Program-made: the position numbers and the translations under genes
The notes under the pieces: model-generated
Database searches by the model: none
What the model saw: only the letters and a program-made list of their open reading frames with translations
What the model was told of the DNA's origin: nothing
Part shown: in pieces, positions 49,022 through 62,900 of the stretch
Numbering within the stretch: the stretch's first letter is position 1
Layout of the letters: the number at the start of each line of letters is the position of its first letter
Assembly (NCBI GenBank): GCA_010093815.1
Contig: ML996571.1
Source: Pseudovirgaria hyperparasitica
Lineage: Eukaryota
Direction: 5' to 3' (one strand)
DNA: 64,000 nucleotides

Positions 49022-51514
49022 TTAACCCATCCAGTTCCGAATCTCATCAAGCAAGTCTAGCTTTACTTTTGGTTCCACTCTATCCTTCACTTTATTCTGT
49101 ATCTCGACCACATCATTTAAGATCGCACCGACACCAAGGACGTCCTTAGCAGCCGCACGCAGTTCTACTAGATTCTGTGTGAGTACGGTTCCAAGCGCGA
49201 AACATGCCGTCCTGATAGCGTCGCAGAGATGCGTCATGAGTATTGTCAATTTCTTCTCTGCTGCTGGGTCCGATCGCGTTCCTGCAATGTCTTTATGTGA
49301 ACGATCAAGTCCTCGCGTGATGTCTGATATGAGTTGTGCAGTGGACTCAAGGATAGCAAAAGCGTGCTCTGGGTCAGGTGTTTGTTGTTTGCTGAGTAGC
49401 ACAGCGTAGTTTAGATACACCGTTGCAACAGCGACTGCCAGTAGACCATTCTGTGTGACACGTTCTCCTAGGTGTGGCGACAACGCGGAATGGACCCGAA
49501 TGAACGCCTGGCCTATCGCTGAGTGGTTCTTCTCGTTCATGAAGAGATTAGCCACGGTCCTAGTAGCCATCGCAGTGTTCATGGAAGCAGATGAGATATC
49601 GAAAAGGCCACTGTCGATGAGCTGATCGATAATGGGTGCCTTATCTGACATCTGGTCGAACGGTATCTCCGAGTCTGCTGCCGCAACACGTAGTAAGTCC
49701 AGACAGGGAAGACGTTTCTGTTCAGGCCATTGCATACACATGTTGATGATGATTTGGACTCCGGCAGGATCTAATGCTATCAGATTCCTTGTCTTGTTGG
49801 CCTCGTTCTTTGTCTTATTTTCGTTTAATTGATCTGACAGTTTGTTGAGGACTGCTTCGTCAGCTGAGCTTAGTGCAAAGCTATCAGATCCATTTTCAGC
49901 GAGAGCCTTGCTGTACTCCATGATCTTGCGGTGGATGACTTTAAGGTCAGCTTTTGTGATCGATTCGAATTTCTCATATGGTATCGTAGAGTCTGTAGGC
50001 TCCCTTCGATTCTTGAAGATGAACGCTGCGATCTCTTGATAGTAGGCGACCGGCAGATTGTGATCCTCTATAAATTTCTGTGACACTTTGTATGGGTCGT
50101 CACTGATATTGTATGGAAGATTGAGATTAGGTTGATCGTCCGCGATGTTGATGCTGAAGACATGATCGTACATTTGGCCGTTATATTCTGTCTTCGGGGG
50201 CGCCTTTCTGTTTGTCTTCTTCGGGCCGTCGGACCCCGCTGTTGATGATGACGTTTCAACCTCTCCACGCAAGATCCATTGATTCTCAATAGGATCCCAA
50301 GAGTACGCCCAAAGTGACCCATTGTCGTGTCGAATGACTACATTTCCACCGTATCCACGATTTTGCTCGAGCCATTCAAAGTCATGGATATCCTTGGGAT
50401 CAAGTTCTGTACCACCTTCCTTAGCACCTGCAATCTCTTGCATCAGAGCCTCGTGGGCTTCAAGATTTTGTCGCTCCAGTGATTCGCTAAAGATACGCAC
50501 GACAGGTCCATTCGTGACTGCAAAATCCCCAGTACTCGCATTTATCAAAATCTTCCAAAGTCCCGTGGTTGGTTGCTCTATTGTTTGTTTGCATGTCTGC
50601 TGCCAGACTTTCACAGTCGCATCTTCAGAGCCAGATAATATCGTTCCATCTGCGAGAGCCGCAAGGCTATATACATGATTCTTGTGACCAGTAAGCGCAG
50701 CTTTGGGTTCGCCATTGAGCGTCCATAACGTAATGATTGTATCATTGCCAGAAGAAGCAAAATGGGCACCTGAGTTGTGGTCCACAGGGAGCTTACAGAG
50801 TGATCGTATTGGCTCGTCACTTGCTTTGAACTCGTGGATCGGGGTCCCGTCGACATTGTAGATTCGAATGCAGCCATCACCCCAGCCTAATGAGCTATAA
50901 GTCCACGCACATTACGGTTTAGGAGGGTATCTCTCACCCGTTATGACGGTTTCCCGGTCGTATCCCACAATGGCTAGGCAATTGCGTTCATAGGGTCCTA
51001 TTACTTTTTCGTCGTCCCACTGGCCCACCTTACGTATTCGAACCGTGTGGTCCCAACCACCACTGACAAGATAATGGCCATGCTCGGTTGTTTCCAGGGG
51101 ACTGACCTGACCTCCATGGCCAGGAAGACGAATCTCAGGTGGATCATCCTGGGAGTTTGTCGGTTGTCTGACATCGATTTCGGATTCTTGGCCTCCAGTC
51201 ACAACTAAGCCTTGTGGATATGTGTCTGACGGTGGGATAAAGGTCACAGCCGTTATATAGCAAGGAGGCCCTTTCAATGTGCGAGATTTGGTAGCAGATA
51301 AGACACGAGATTTGTAGGTCGGCGGGGATGAGGAGACACGCTCCCACAAAAGAGACTTTCCATCTCGCGCAGCAGATGCTATCTGTGAGAAGTCTGTGGC
51401 GGCGATATCTCGCACCTATTTGAAGATTAGTTCAGGAGCCAAAAGGTGCAAGGCGACGCGGGGTTGTACCTCATTTGTATGCCCTGCGAGAACAGCAGAG
51501 ACCTTGTATGTCAT
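49022..51514 (-). CDS. DOA1: Ubiquitin homeostasis protein Doa1/Ufd3/PLAA (WD40-PFU-PUL); introns ~51469-51416 and ~50937-50888
   Basis: MTYKVSAVLAGHTNE|VR, WD40 repeats (SGGWDHT, SGSEDATVKVW). PFU domain EYNGQMYDHVFSINIADDQPNLNLPYN..DPY..SQKFI. PUL domain WP..KRLPCLDLLR. Confidence 0.92.
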
Positions 51515-52856
51515 GATCGCTCTTTGGGGAATACCACAGGGACCGGGATTCCAGACTTCAAGTAAATAAAAAGGGGGACAGGATCGGAAACGAAAAGCTA
51601 TTTAGACAATTCCTCGATGATGTCTGCATTCAGATGAGAAGCGTCATGATTCTGCCGCTACAAGCTACCAAAATAGGCAGCGGTGAAGAGCTTCCACCCC
51701 CACTCCCAGAATTACCTAAGGCGGAAGAGACGAAAGAGCGCCGCACTAACTCTCTTCATGGATAGGTATTAGCATAGACGATCTAGAAAACCTTGATAAC
51801 GAACGGCGAAACGGCTTAGACAATCTCTAACTCAGCGATTCTTGACGAAATATCCTCCATCATCAGTGGGTTTTATCCTTCCATCCTCAAAAAGGCACGA
51901 ATATCAGTGGAAGATGCCACGCTACACGTGTTAAAATAATCACGCCTTCAAAAGTCTTGCATTCGACATGTTAATTCGAGACGAGCTCATGTTCGTCAGC
52001 AAGATCTAGAGTATAATGGACGCATAAATAATCAGTAAGGTTCACGTTTGGGTATTTCAACCATCGGTCCAGGAAACACAGCCACGATCTGGAACGGCTC
52101 CAGATGATCGGAGTATTCATCACGCACATCTGAAGCCCGGAGCATTACTCACTGCAGTATCTAAGTTGGTTCTCCGTCGGCATTACTCATGCTTTTCCAG
52201 GGCTTAATGTTCTGAACCATGGTCGGACGCGTCGTATGGTCACGGAGAATACGGTGATTCCGAAGAGCGAGAATAAGTAAAAGCCTTCTTCGTAGGCGAA
52301 ACTGCCCAGGCCATTGGACCCTGCATCCATCTCAAAACATGCCGCAAATTCTGACATTATTGAGCATCACTGAGCTTAGCAGGAGCATGACCCTTGACTT
52401 CGGTTTGTCGTAGATTTCTACTGAGGATGCAGCTTTGTGGGCCCTCGCTCCTCCAGCGCCACACATAACACATGTGGCGCTCACGCATGCGCATATAGTT
52501 TGGCTCTAGACTTGGGCTACTTTTCATTCAATGGTCCGTATATGACTGGTGACTGTGGCTCCATACGTAATGGCTGTGAACAGAGAGGTATAAGTATCTC
52601 GGCTAGGTCACAATTTCGGAGCCAATTATCTGAAACAAGTTTTGTCGAGAATTTTGTTTCTCACTCACTACCGCCGTGCGTGCAGCTGATCTACACATCT
52701 CCCGAGCGTATCATCATCCTATCTCCTGCGGCACACTCCTCGGAGTCGAAAAGCCCGACGTCATAATACAGCTTCCCCTGAACCTTGGTTCAGTCATAAA
52801 GCGATACTCTGAGCATTTGCCCTTGGGCAAACAACTTCGATTGTCACGCTGAAATT

Positions 52857-53888
52857 ATGCCCTACATATCAGACTCAAATTCGTACACCAGCACAGGCCT
52901 GGAGAAGTACGCACACCACGCAGTAATGAAGTTAATCTTATCGACTAACAGGCTCAGACTCCAAGAATCAGGCAAATATGCCGATCTCACAATCAGATCT
53001 AACAACCGAGATTACTACGCCCACAAAGCAATTGTATGCTCGCGATCCGATTTCTTCGACGGTGCATGCAGTAGTTCGTTCCTTGAGGCTCAAACAGGTA
53101 TCATCGATTTGAGCGAAGATGACGAGAATACCGTCGAGCACATGATCAACTGTAAGTCAATATGCTCTGCCGAACATGATTGTACATTCGCCTGACATCT
53201 CTCAGACTTTTACCGCCTGGACTACACTCTCCAAGAACGTTCGTCTCCACGACGAAACTCCTCACCATGTAGACAAACATCGTCCAGCCCACCACGCCCG
53301 TTACGCCGACCTCGCCGCCGGTCTGTCAAAGTTCGCAGTCTAATTTTCGAGGACCCGCTCCTTGCCCAAGCTGTAGCCACATCGCCTGTTACCGACGCAT
53401 CAATCACTGCATCGGGTGATGATTCGATCGATCAAGAGCACGAGTCAAAGCCTAAACTAATGGATGAAGATACGGAGACGTACGACGAGTTCGCCGACGC
53501 GTATTCAGACGAGTTCGAAGAGCATCCCGAACTAGGGTATAACATTACAGAGCCTATCGAGCGACCATCGCAAGATGAGCTCGTCTCTCACGCTATGGTG
53601 TACGCCATCGCTGAGAAGTACGGTATACCAGGTTTGAAAGTGCTTGCTCGAAAAAAGTTTCTCGCGAACCTTTATACCCATATTCCCTACACCTCGTTCT
53701 CATCTGCGTTAGCAGAGGTATATACATCCACGATAGACTCCGATCGAGGGCTGCGAGAGCCAATGTTGCAATTGTTTCGGCAGAATCCTCAGCTTGTGTT
53801 CAGGAGCGATATACGAGAGGTTATGGAGGACATCGACGATATTCATATGGAGATCGAGCGAGCAATTAATGGAATGCCTACGAGGTGA
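52857..53888 (+). CDS. BTB/POZ domain protein; 2 introns
   Basis: SGKYADLTI..YYAHKAIVCSRSDFFDGAC..FLEAQTGIIDLSEDD..VEHMIN|YFYRLDY; HAMVYAIAEKYGIPGLK..A..KF; EVYTST..DRGLR. Confidence 0.9.
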
Positions 53889-54216
53889 AATGGTATCGCA
53901 TGTGGAATAGCAGTTATGGGAATAATTCTTTCGAGAGAAAAAGCTCATGATTCTCATTGGAACATGCTATCCATTCTTTAGTTTAACAGCTACATTGAAA
54001 AAGATACTGAGTTGCAACAATGAGAGTTGGCCTTCCTAAGCCAGTACTAAATATCCAATGCTTTCTCCGAAAGCAGATCTATGCTACGTATGCACTGAGA
54101 CATTCATATAAGAACGAACAGACGCGAAATGCTCGCGCGTCCGTGTGCAGTGTGCCAGAGTTATACAAAACACCCTGATTATATGACTGCGGGCCATGAA
54201 CCTTTCTTTGGATCGT

Positions 54217-56032
54217 TCAAGCGGACATAGCGATTCTGCGTTCCTTGAATTCCTCAAAGAATTGCTCCATCTCTTCTTCGACAAGGTCCTCAATCTTGCT
54301 CTCAAGCTTGGAGAACTTGGTAGAGAGACGGTTGGATTCCCTGTGAGCATGCTCGATAGCGCTGTTAAATGACTCCTCGAGCTCCTCGGCAGTTGGGAGG
54401 GCGATCATGAAAGTGTCCCCCTCAACGTCGCTTTTGACGGTGTAGCTTCCTTTGCCGACAATATCAGAGTAGTTGGAAGAACCACCACCGTTCCAAGCGA
54501 GGATATTCGTTGTGCTGCTGGGAACCTCGGACAGAGCACCTTTGGTAGCAATAGAAATGATGTCTTTCTTGAGCTTGGCAGGTGTAATCTCAGCAACCGC
54601 ATAAGAAGAGGACTTAGCGGGCTGGAGAGAGAGGTAGTAGGCCAAAAGACCAGCAATGTGAGGTGAGGCCATGGAAGTACCCGAGATGGTGTTGGTGCTG
54701 TTCTCACCAGCATTCCAAGTGGATTTGATGTTGAGACCAGGGGCGAAGATGTCATTGCACTTGCCAAAGTTGGAGAAGTAGGCACGCTCATCGGCGAGGG
54801 TGGATGCACCCACAGTAACGGCTTTCTCAGCGGAAGCAGGAGAGTAGTTGCAAGAATCGGCATTATCGTTACCAGCCGCAACTGCGAAGTGGATGCCAAT
54901 CTCAACAGCTGCATTGACAGCCCGATCCAGGGTTGGAGACTTGCCGCCACCAAGACTCATGTTGGCGGCGCTGCCTTTCCACTTCTTAGAGACCTTCCCG
55001 GCCTTGGCTTCCTCAACCTTTTTCAAGTGCGCTTCAGCAGCCCACTCGACCCCACTGACAACGTCCGACATAGATCCGGATCCGTTGGAGCGTAATACCT
55101 TGACAGCGTATACGTTGGCTTTCTTGGCAACACCATACTTCTTGCCAGCAATCGTACCGGAACAGTGCGTCCCGTGGCCGTTGCCATCCTCATCGGCATC
55201 GCCAGATGGAATTGTCTTGCCCCAGTGGGCACGTCCTTCGAAATCGGTGTGCTTGATGTATGTTCCAGTGTCGATGACGTAGACATCAACGCCCTCGCCA
55301 CCATCCGCAGAGTATAGGTACTTGTTATAGGTGCCGAAGGAGAGACTGTCGCGGTGTGAGATACGAGCAAGACCCCAGGGGGAGTTTTTGTCTGTCTCGT
55401 AGTCGTCTTTGACTGTGGTCAAAGTGTGGACCTCTTGGTCAACTTCGATATGATCTACCTGTTCAGAGAAATGTGTCAGCCTTACTCCGGTTCGAAATCA
55501 ACATCACGTGCTAAGATGACCTCGAAACGAACTTCCTGAACAGCTCAGCGTGTCGATGCAGTACAGCATTCTGACGCATGAGCACTGCACGACAGTGAAA
55601 GGTGTGCGTCCAGACTTCAAGTCTATCGAAACTACTAGAGGGGGAGATAAAAGGAAGGCTTACATCAGGGTGTCTTCGAATCTGTTCAATGGTCTCTTCA
55701 TCGAAGTGACCAGAGTACCCAAAGAAGTCTCCAATATTGTAAGTATGTTTCAAACCCTTGAAGACTTCGTCCAGCAGCGGGAACTGGCCACGCTTCTTGA
55801 GCTCTGAACGCTCAGACTCGCGAGTGAGGTGCAAGTTCTGGACCCAAGCGTGGTGCTCTTTGGCCTCGGCATGCTTGACATGGTCCTTGAACTTGATGAT
55901 ATACGAGTTAGGGATCTCTTTAGCATTTACTGAAGAGAGAATTGGCGCGGCATCTTTGTGGATTGTGCCAATGTTGAGGACAGGTGAAGCTGCTGCCAGC
56001 AGAGGCAACAGCGCTACGAGGAGCGATTTCAT
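54217..56032 (-). CDS. PRB1: Vacuolar subtilisin-like serine protease (proteinase B/Alp2/PepC type); intron ~55663-55459
   Basis: Signal peptide MKSLLVALLPLLAAASP and I9 propeptide. Catalytic triad VIDTG / GHGTH / SGTSMASPH. C-terminal extension typical of vacuolar members. Confidence 0.95.
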
Positions 56033-56972
56033 GATGACAGAAGCTCGAGCTGACGTCAAGCTGGTGTCGAACGGAACAAAAGGATAGATAGATGGAGGTA
56101 AGCAACAGAGTCAAGATGGAAAGATGTCTGAAGACGGGGAATGTGGGAGGTATATGTAGACGGAGGAGAGGTGACTGAGGAGCTATCGAGGCGGTTGGGG
56201 GAGCGATGGGGGATGACGCCTTGGTCGAGCTCCCCCAGCTGATTCCGGCCGATAAGAGCGGCACGAGACATCATCCACTAGGCGGCTGTGCTCCAGCCAA
56301 TAACAAGAGCGAGAGTGGAGCTCCCCAACCAGCTCCTGTCACTCTAGCCAGCTCACAAGCCACATCCTTTGGGGTCGTGAGGCGTGCCCTGACATCGTCA
56401 ATAATGCATGTGCATGTAATACAGCTGCCTGAAGGGATTATCAGCGCGCTACTCTGTAATAGACTGGCTCAAACTATGAAGACTCTACGCCCAGCCTGTG
56501 CATATCAACTATGTCTACATCTACTATATCTGTTTTCCTGTGTGTGATATAGCCTGGACTACACAACTAAGCTCTTGTCAGTAGACAGTGAAACTGCCCG
56601 TTCATAGAGAGATATAGTCAGACGGCCTATTGACCTAAGCCATTAATTTCACCTAAAGCTTCACGACTGTCGCTACTAGTCAAATGATGGAATTTGCTTT
56701 CCTTTAGAGCCACCGCTGTCAAAAGTACAATCTGACTGTCGCGCACTCCACCTGGGCAGTTTCGGAGGTGCTGACATTTCTGGCGCATTGGCGCTCTTGC
56801 CTGTGCCCGCGCCTACGACGATCCACGAGCGTATATACAGAACACACTGTATCGAACACGCAAGAATTGAAGACAGCGAGCCGACCCGTTACTCCCAGCG
56901 AAGAGATGCACCCTTCCCTGTCCATCCCATCACATGCTGAGATCCTAGATACCTCTTCAGCAGAGGCCCACC

Positions 56973-59900
56973 ATGGATGGTCGCCAGCGCCGTCATAGGT
57001 CCTCCACAGCTGCCTCGCGTTCCTATAATCCGAACAATCCTCATATCGACCAGCTCCAATCTTTGTTCCAGGCTCTCTCAAAATCAAGTGCCTCTCCGAG
57101 ACCGACCATCGAGTCCATACAGAATCAATGCGATGTATTACGAAGAATAAGGCAAGCTCTCATTGACTCTGCCAATCCAACACAAGCAAAAGACGCGTTT
57201 AGATATGCCTCAGGCTTCAACGGTCTGTTGGATGCAGTTCGTTCGGTATCTGGGTATTACGATCCCGGTACGCTGAGCGCTGAAGAGAATGCAGCCTTCT
57301 TCGAGCTCCTAGGGGCTATCTTGGATGTTCTTTCTGAAGCTTCGAATGAGCATTCTGGCAACCGCAGATACTTTGCCAAGAAAGTTGACGGCGGAGGATG
57401 GAAGGCTCTTGAACAAGCTCTGGCCAGTACTGGCATTGGGGCCGGTCACTTCAACGACGCCTTAGACCACTCGGGACAGGAACAGCTATTCGGAAGTCTA
57501 ATCGCTTTTGCACTTGGAGAGGATTCGATAAGACCGGTGTTCCGTGGCATAAGCACTGTCATGAATATAGCCAGCGAGACCATAGAGTCTGTCGTAGCCC
57601 CAGACCATATAACACCAAGAGCCGGCGCAGATGAGATATCGAGTGTGGCAGAATCGGAAGGCGCTTGGATAAGACATCTTGAAAATCGTATACGGCGCAT
57701 TCTTAGTGGGAAAGAAATACTACTGAACCCCGACATGATTCCCATCGTCTTCAACTTGTGGAAGGCTATGTCTAACGAAAATTCAGCTACAGATTCAAGG
57801 AATCCTTTCGCCATATCTGTACTGCTAGCCATAAGAGATATCATTTCGATGTCGGTTCATAATAAGAACGCTGTCCATGGCACGGGCCTTCTTAGCACTA
57901 TGCTCCCGATGGTCTTCACGGAATCGAGACATGTTACTGAGCATGCTATTCTCAAAAGTATCAGTGAACTTCTGATTAGGTACGGGGTCAATGACTTGAA
58001 AGATGCGTATTTTCTCTATCAGAAAGCTGGTGAATCAGACGAAGCAGGAGACTTTCTTCTGGAAGCTATGCGTGCATCCCGAGAGCCTCCATTCATGCAA
58101 TTCGACCTATCCTTGCAAGGTTATAGCTCTCTTGAGCTGAAAGATCTAGGACGTCCTTTTCCCCCAACTTCGAGTGCCGGGTACACTATCGCAGCATGGA
58201 TCCGAATCGATAGGTTTGACGAATCGTGCCACACCACAATCTTTGGCGCGTGCGACTCGACCCAGCAATGCTTCGTCTTAGCCTATCTGGAGAAGGGGAC
58301 CAAACATTTCATCCTACAGACATCTGTCTCCACACCAAAGCCGAGTGTACGCTTCCGATTTAACGCCTTCCATGAGGGCAGGTGGTACCACGTTGCTATC
58401 GTACATCGCAGACCAAAAGCCATGTCCTCGAGCAAAGCTGCACTGTTCATAAACGGGGAATTTACAGAACAGATCAAATGCGCGTATCCGATAAGTCCAC
58501 CTGCGATGAGTACAAGTACAGAAAGTTTTGCCTCCATATCGTCCAACAGCCAGAAGCTATCTCCAGTTCAAGCGTTTCTAGGGACGCCCCAAGATCTGGC
58601 GGCTAGACTGGGAAGGAATGTTGTCATTTCGCGCCTAGACGTGGCCACATTTCATATCTTCTCTGAGGCTTTATCTGACGAAATAGTACATGTTTATCAG
58701 AAAATGGGACCACGTTACTCTGGAAACTACCAGGACACACTTGGGTCTTTCCAAACTTATCGCACCTCCGCGGAGCTAAATGTCTACAACGAAATGCTAC
58801 ATCCAGGGAAGGAGGAGAAATCTGAGATAGTACAGGCCGTCCGTGGGAAAGCAAGTACCGTGTTACCAGAATCGCAGATACTTTTCAGTATCTCGCCAAC
58901 TTCTGTGATGGACGACGACGACCGCAACAACATTGATGAATCGCAGCTTATACGATCACTTTCCAAGGATGCCGCGAAAAGCCTCTTCCAGTACGCCAGA
59001 ATTGGAGGTAACTCCATTATAATCAATGCTGCGGTGCCGTCGATCAATGACGCGCTTACACAGCCCCGTGGTGTCGCTCTTCTGCTTGGAGATCCTATAG
59101 TGATAGTGCCCCAAGCCCTAGATGATGCTTCATGGCGCATAGGTGGATGTACGGCCGTGGGTCTAAAGCTTGTAGAGCTAGCTCAGAGCAAGGACGCTAT
59201 CCTTCGAGCTGTAAACATTCTACTTGAGTCAGTAGAATTCAGTTGGAGAAACAGCGAGATTATGGAAAAAGAGAGCGGATTCGCTGGGCTTGGGTCCCTT
59301 CTTCGAGAAAAACTTGGGCTTGGAAACATCACCTCGACCAATACCCGAAGCTCGACACCATTGGACGGTCGTGATCGTGACGAACTGAGCTATGAACTGC
59401 TGAAAGTAATTCTCCGATTCGTTGGTTATGTTAAAACAAGGCCAGTCGAATCACTTATAATAAATCCTCTCGCCTACCGCATTCTACTTGTTGATGCAGA
59501 TCTCTGGAGACGCTCAGCTATCGAAACGCAGAAACTTTATTACCAACAGTTTGTGCATTTTGCAGAAGACAGCAAGAATAAGACCTTCAATCAGCGGCGT
59601 TTGACGCGAACAAGTAGGTGCTAATCTGAACCTTCGACTGATTCGGCCTAACAATTCCAGGAATAGTGAAACGACTGCTCGACGCGCTGAAAGCAGAATC
59701 TTTGTGCCTGGAAGTTCTCCCAGAGTTCAAGGCCGCTTTCGTGGCTCTGCTGAAATGTTGCTTAATACCGGAAAACCTTCGCAGTGTCGCATTGTTTATC
59801 ACATACTCACTTCAAGACAGCAGGACGCTAGTAAGTCGGTCACTCTCCAAGCAGAGGAGCGTGGCGGTACCCTCAAACAGAACTACAACCTCAAATGCCT

Positions 59901-62900
59901 CTCCTTCGGGAGGCACACCTCGTTCTGGCAGTCCACTACAGAATGGCAGCCCCGCGTTGTCCAGGTTTGAGATAGGAGTAAAAGTTCTTGAGATATTCAC
60001 GGACCTTCTCTGTGATCCCGTGAGTACATACAGCATCACACGGTTCGCCAGAACAATTACCAACAAGGTACACCGATCCGTCCGGACCTATCTGCAGTCC
60101 GCGCGCTAATATAGACCCACAGTGGCTGCTTTATCTGCTCGCCGAAAATGAATCTCGTGTCATTGTTTTCGGGTACAAGATCTTGGCTCGATTACTTGTG
60201 ACAAACGGTCCTACCTATGTTAAGAAGTTTTCGGAGAAGACAGGTGGGGTCTGGATTTTAAGACAACGCTTGAGGATCTGGTGGAATATACCATCTGTGT
60301 GGGTCATATCACTTGCCATCCTCTTTGGCTTAGACATCTCTAAGGTCGATCTGGAACGCAAATTTGATCTGTTTAACCTATCCGAACTCTTTTCGCCTGC
60401 CGAGAAAGTACAAATAGTTTATCCCGAATTCATACCTGTCGTTGGGGCTCTACTCGAGACAGGATTACGCACAGTGGTCAAGGATCCCAACCATGGCGGC
60501 CAAAACCCAACGGGAAGTGTCTCGGAGAGCCTCGCGATCGAAAGCGAATCTTCAAATACCAGGAAAAGGTCTATGTCGCTCTTGCAAGAGATCGCGGCAC
60601 ATGGTGAGTCATTTCTCCTTCGATATGGTTGTCAGGTGCTAAGAGATGTAAGGCCGATCTCGATCTCTGTCAACGGGACGCATGACCGGATATGCTTCTA
60701 TACTGCATACTGTCATTCAATATTTAACAGAACTGAACTCTAAGTCCCCCTCGTACCAAGAATTTGCCATCACGTCAAACTATGTTCAAGAGCTCCTCTT
60801 TGTCCTTTATCCTTTGGTCGTGACCTCCGACACCGTAAGTGCAGAAACTGAGCTGCATTCTCGAGGATCAGCCCTTACCTTCGAAGGGCACGACGTCGTC
60901 ATTCAACCACACTCAAAGTTAACTAAGGAGCAACATGCCGTCGTTAGGACGGCCGTAGTACAATCCCCTCCGAGCCCAGCCGCTCGCACAGCCGTGCCAC
61001 TAAGGAGAGGTTCGTCCTTCATACTGGTCTCTTCTGACAATCTCAAAGGTCGTACAAGCTCACCACGCCTGCGGCCGCTTATGTCACCAGAAAAAAGCAA
61101 CACAAAAGCTCTACAAGTCGGTAGCGCAGTTGTGGAAGGCCTTCTCGAGCTTATTCTTGGGGTTTTTAGTGTCCAGCTTTTCCGTCGAAAAGATTTCGTA
61201 GGTTTTGGCCTATTCTTGAAGGTTCCCCCCGGCTTTCAAGAGCACCAAGCTTATTTCGAGTCTTACGTCCTATTACATGCAATGTCAAGCATTTCAAACT
61301 CTTTACAGCTTGATCAGAAGTTGTTTTGCGAGCCAAGGGTTCTCATCAATTTGTCCAAGTACTGTTCATATATGGCTGAAGCAGTGTTCGAAGGTTGGTT
61401 CCTCAGCGGTGCTGAGCCGCTCTTAGATTTCATTGGCAATCTTCTAGACTTTCTTCAACGTCCCGATATCGCCGCCCTAAAAAGCGTTAGGTTGTGCAAC
61501 CAAGCAATCGCAAACATAAGGGCGGTATTTTTAAGAGTCGTACTTTTGAAGCTATCGGACGTGGACGAGTCCGAGATGGAGACAGAGACGTCCTCCTTTC
61601 TGGAGAAGATGATTTACTGGCAGACGATCATCTTGTCGCCTGACAATTCCGAAGTCTACTTCCTACGACTGATGTGCTATTTGCTCTTCACAAAGCTGAT
61701 ATCGCAGAAACAGGCGGTACGCGAAGCTGCCGCGAATTTTTGGCGACTCTTACTTGTGCAAAAGCCAGAGGAAACTTCTGCAGTATTCATCAATGCCCCT
61801 GTCATAAATGAGAAACACCTCTCCGACGGATTTGCACAGCTAACCCAACTCGATAACGATACATTCCTAGAGTGGCTAGACAAGCATCGTGCTGACCTAA
61901 ATGAGTTCTTCTTTGGCACGATAGCCAAAGCTTGGGAGGACTTTGTCGATGAAGAGAATAGAAAGACGGAGGAATCGGCCAAGAGCCGAGTGAATAAACG
62001 AAGGGAACGACTCAGGCAATGGCACACTGAGCAGACGAAGTCTGATGAGGTGTGGCATCGACACGAGATCTCAACTACTCACTGGCGAGCGAACATTCAT
62101 TCGTCGGAACGTCTGAAGCATCAACGAACAGTACAGGACAATCAGGACAACCTCGGCTTTATCGCCTCTAGACTTGAGAAACTCGCACAAACACTGCAGG
62201 CCCCGTGCGGTTTATTTGGTACGAAGCCGCAGTCCAAATGGCAGCTTGATGAGACAGAGGGTCGCAACCGTATGAGAATGCGAATCTTGCCAGATACAGG
62301 CCAAGTACAAGAGGAATATCAACCCAAACGAAAGACATCTGAGGCTACGCCAAATAGAAACTTGAAAGTAGATGTGACGATTCCACGAGTGTCAACATCA
62401 CCCTCAGCCATTGATACAACTCCGTCCGGCACAAAGTCACAAATGAAAGATGTAGACCAAAACTCGAAGGATAGTAGTACACCGGCTGAGAATGCTACCG
62501 AAGAGGATGACGACTTCGAAATGGTTGATGACATTAACGAAGGAGAGAACGGATTCGAAGACAAGAACCGCAAGGTGATGCGTAGTCTTCAAATGGGTGA
62601 CCAAGTCCAGCATGTGAGCAACGTTTCTCGAATCGTCGGATTAGAAGCTTGCGAAGGACTTCTTATCATCGGAAATGATTGGCTGTATCTCCTGGATAAT
62701 TTTTTCCAGCGATCTGACGGAGAAATTGTTCGTGTATGGCAGGCTCCGAAAGAGGAACGCGACAACTATGTGCAGATGATTTCCGGGCGAGAGGCATCAT
62801 CTTCGTCCCAAGGATCTCAGTATAACAGTGGTGAGCATGCGACTCGAAATTGGCGCTGGTCCGAACTTATCAGTATCTCAAAACGGCGCTTTCTCTTTCG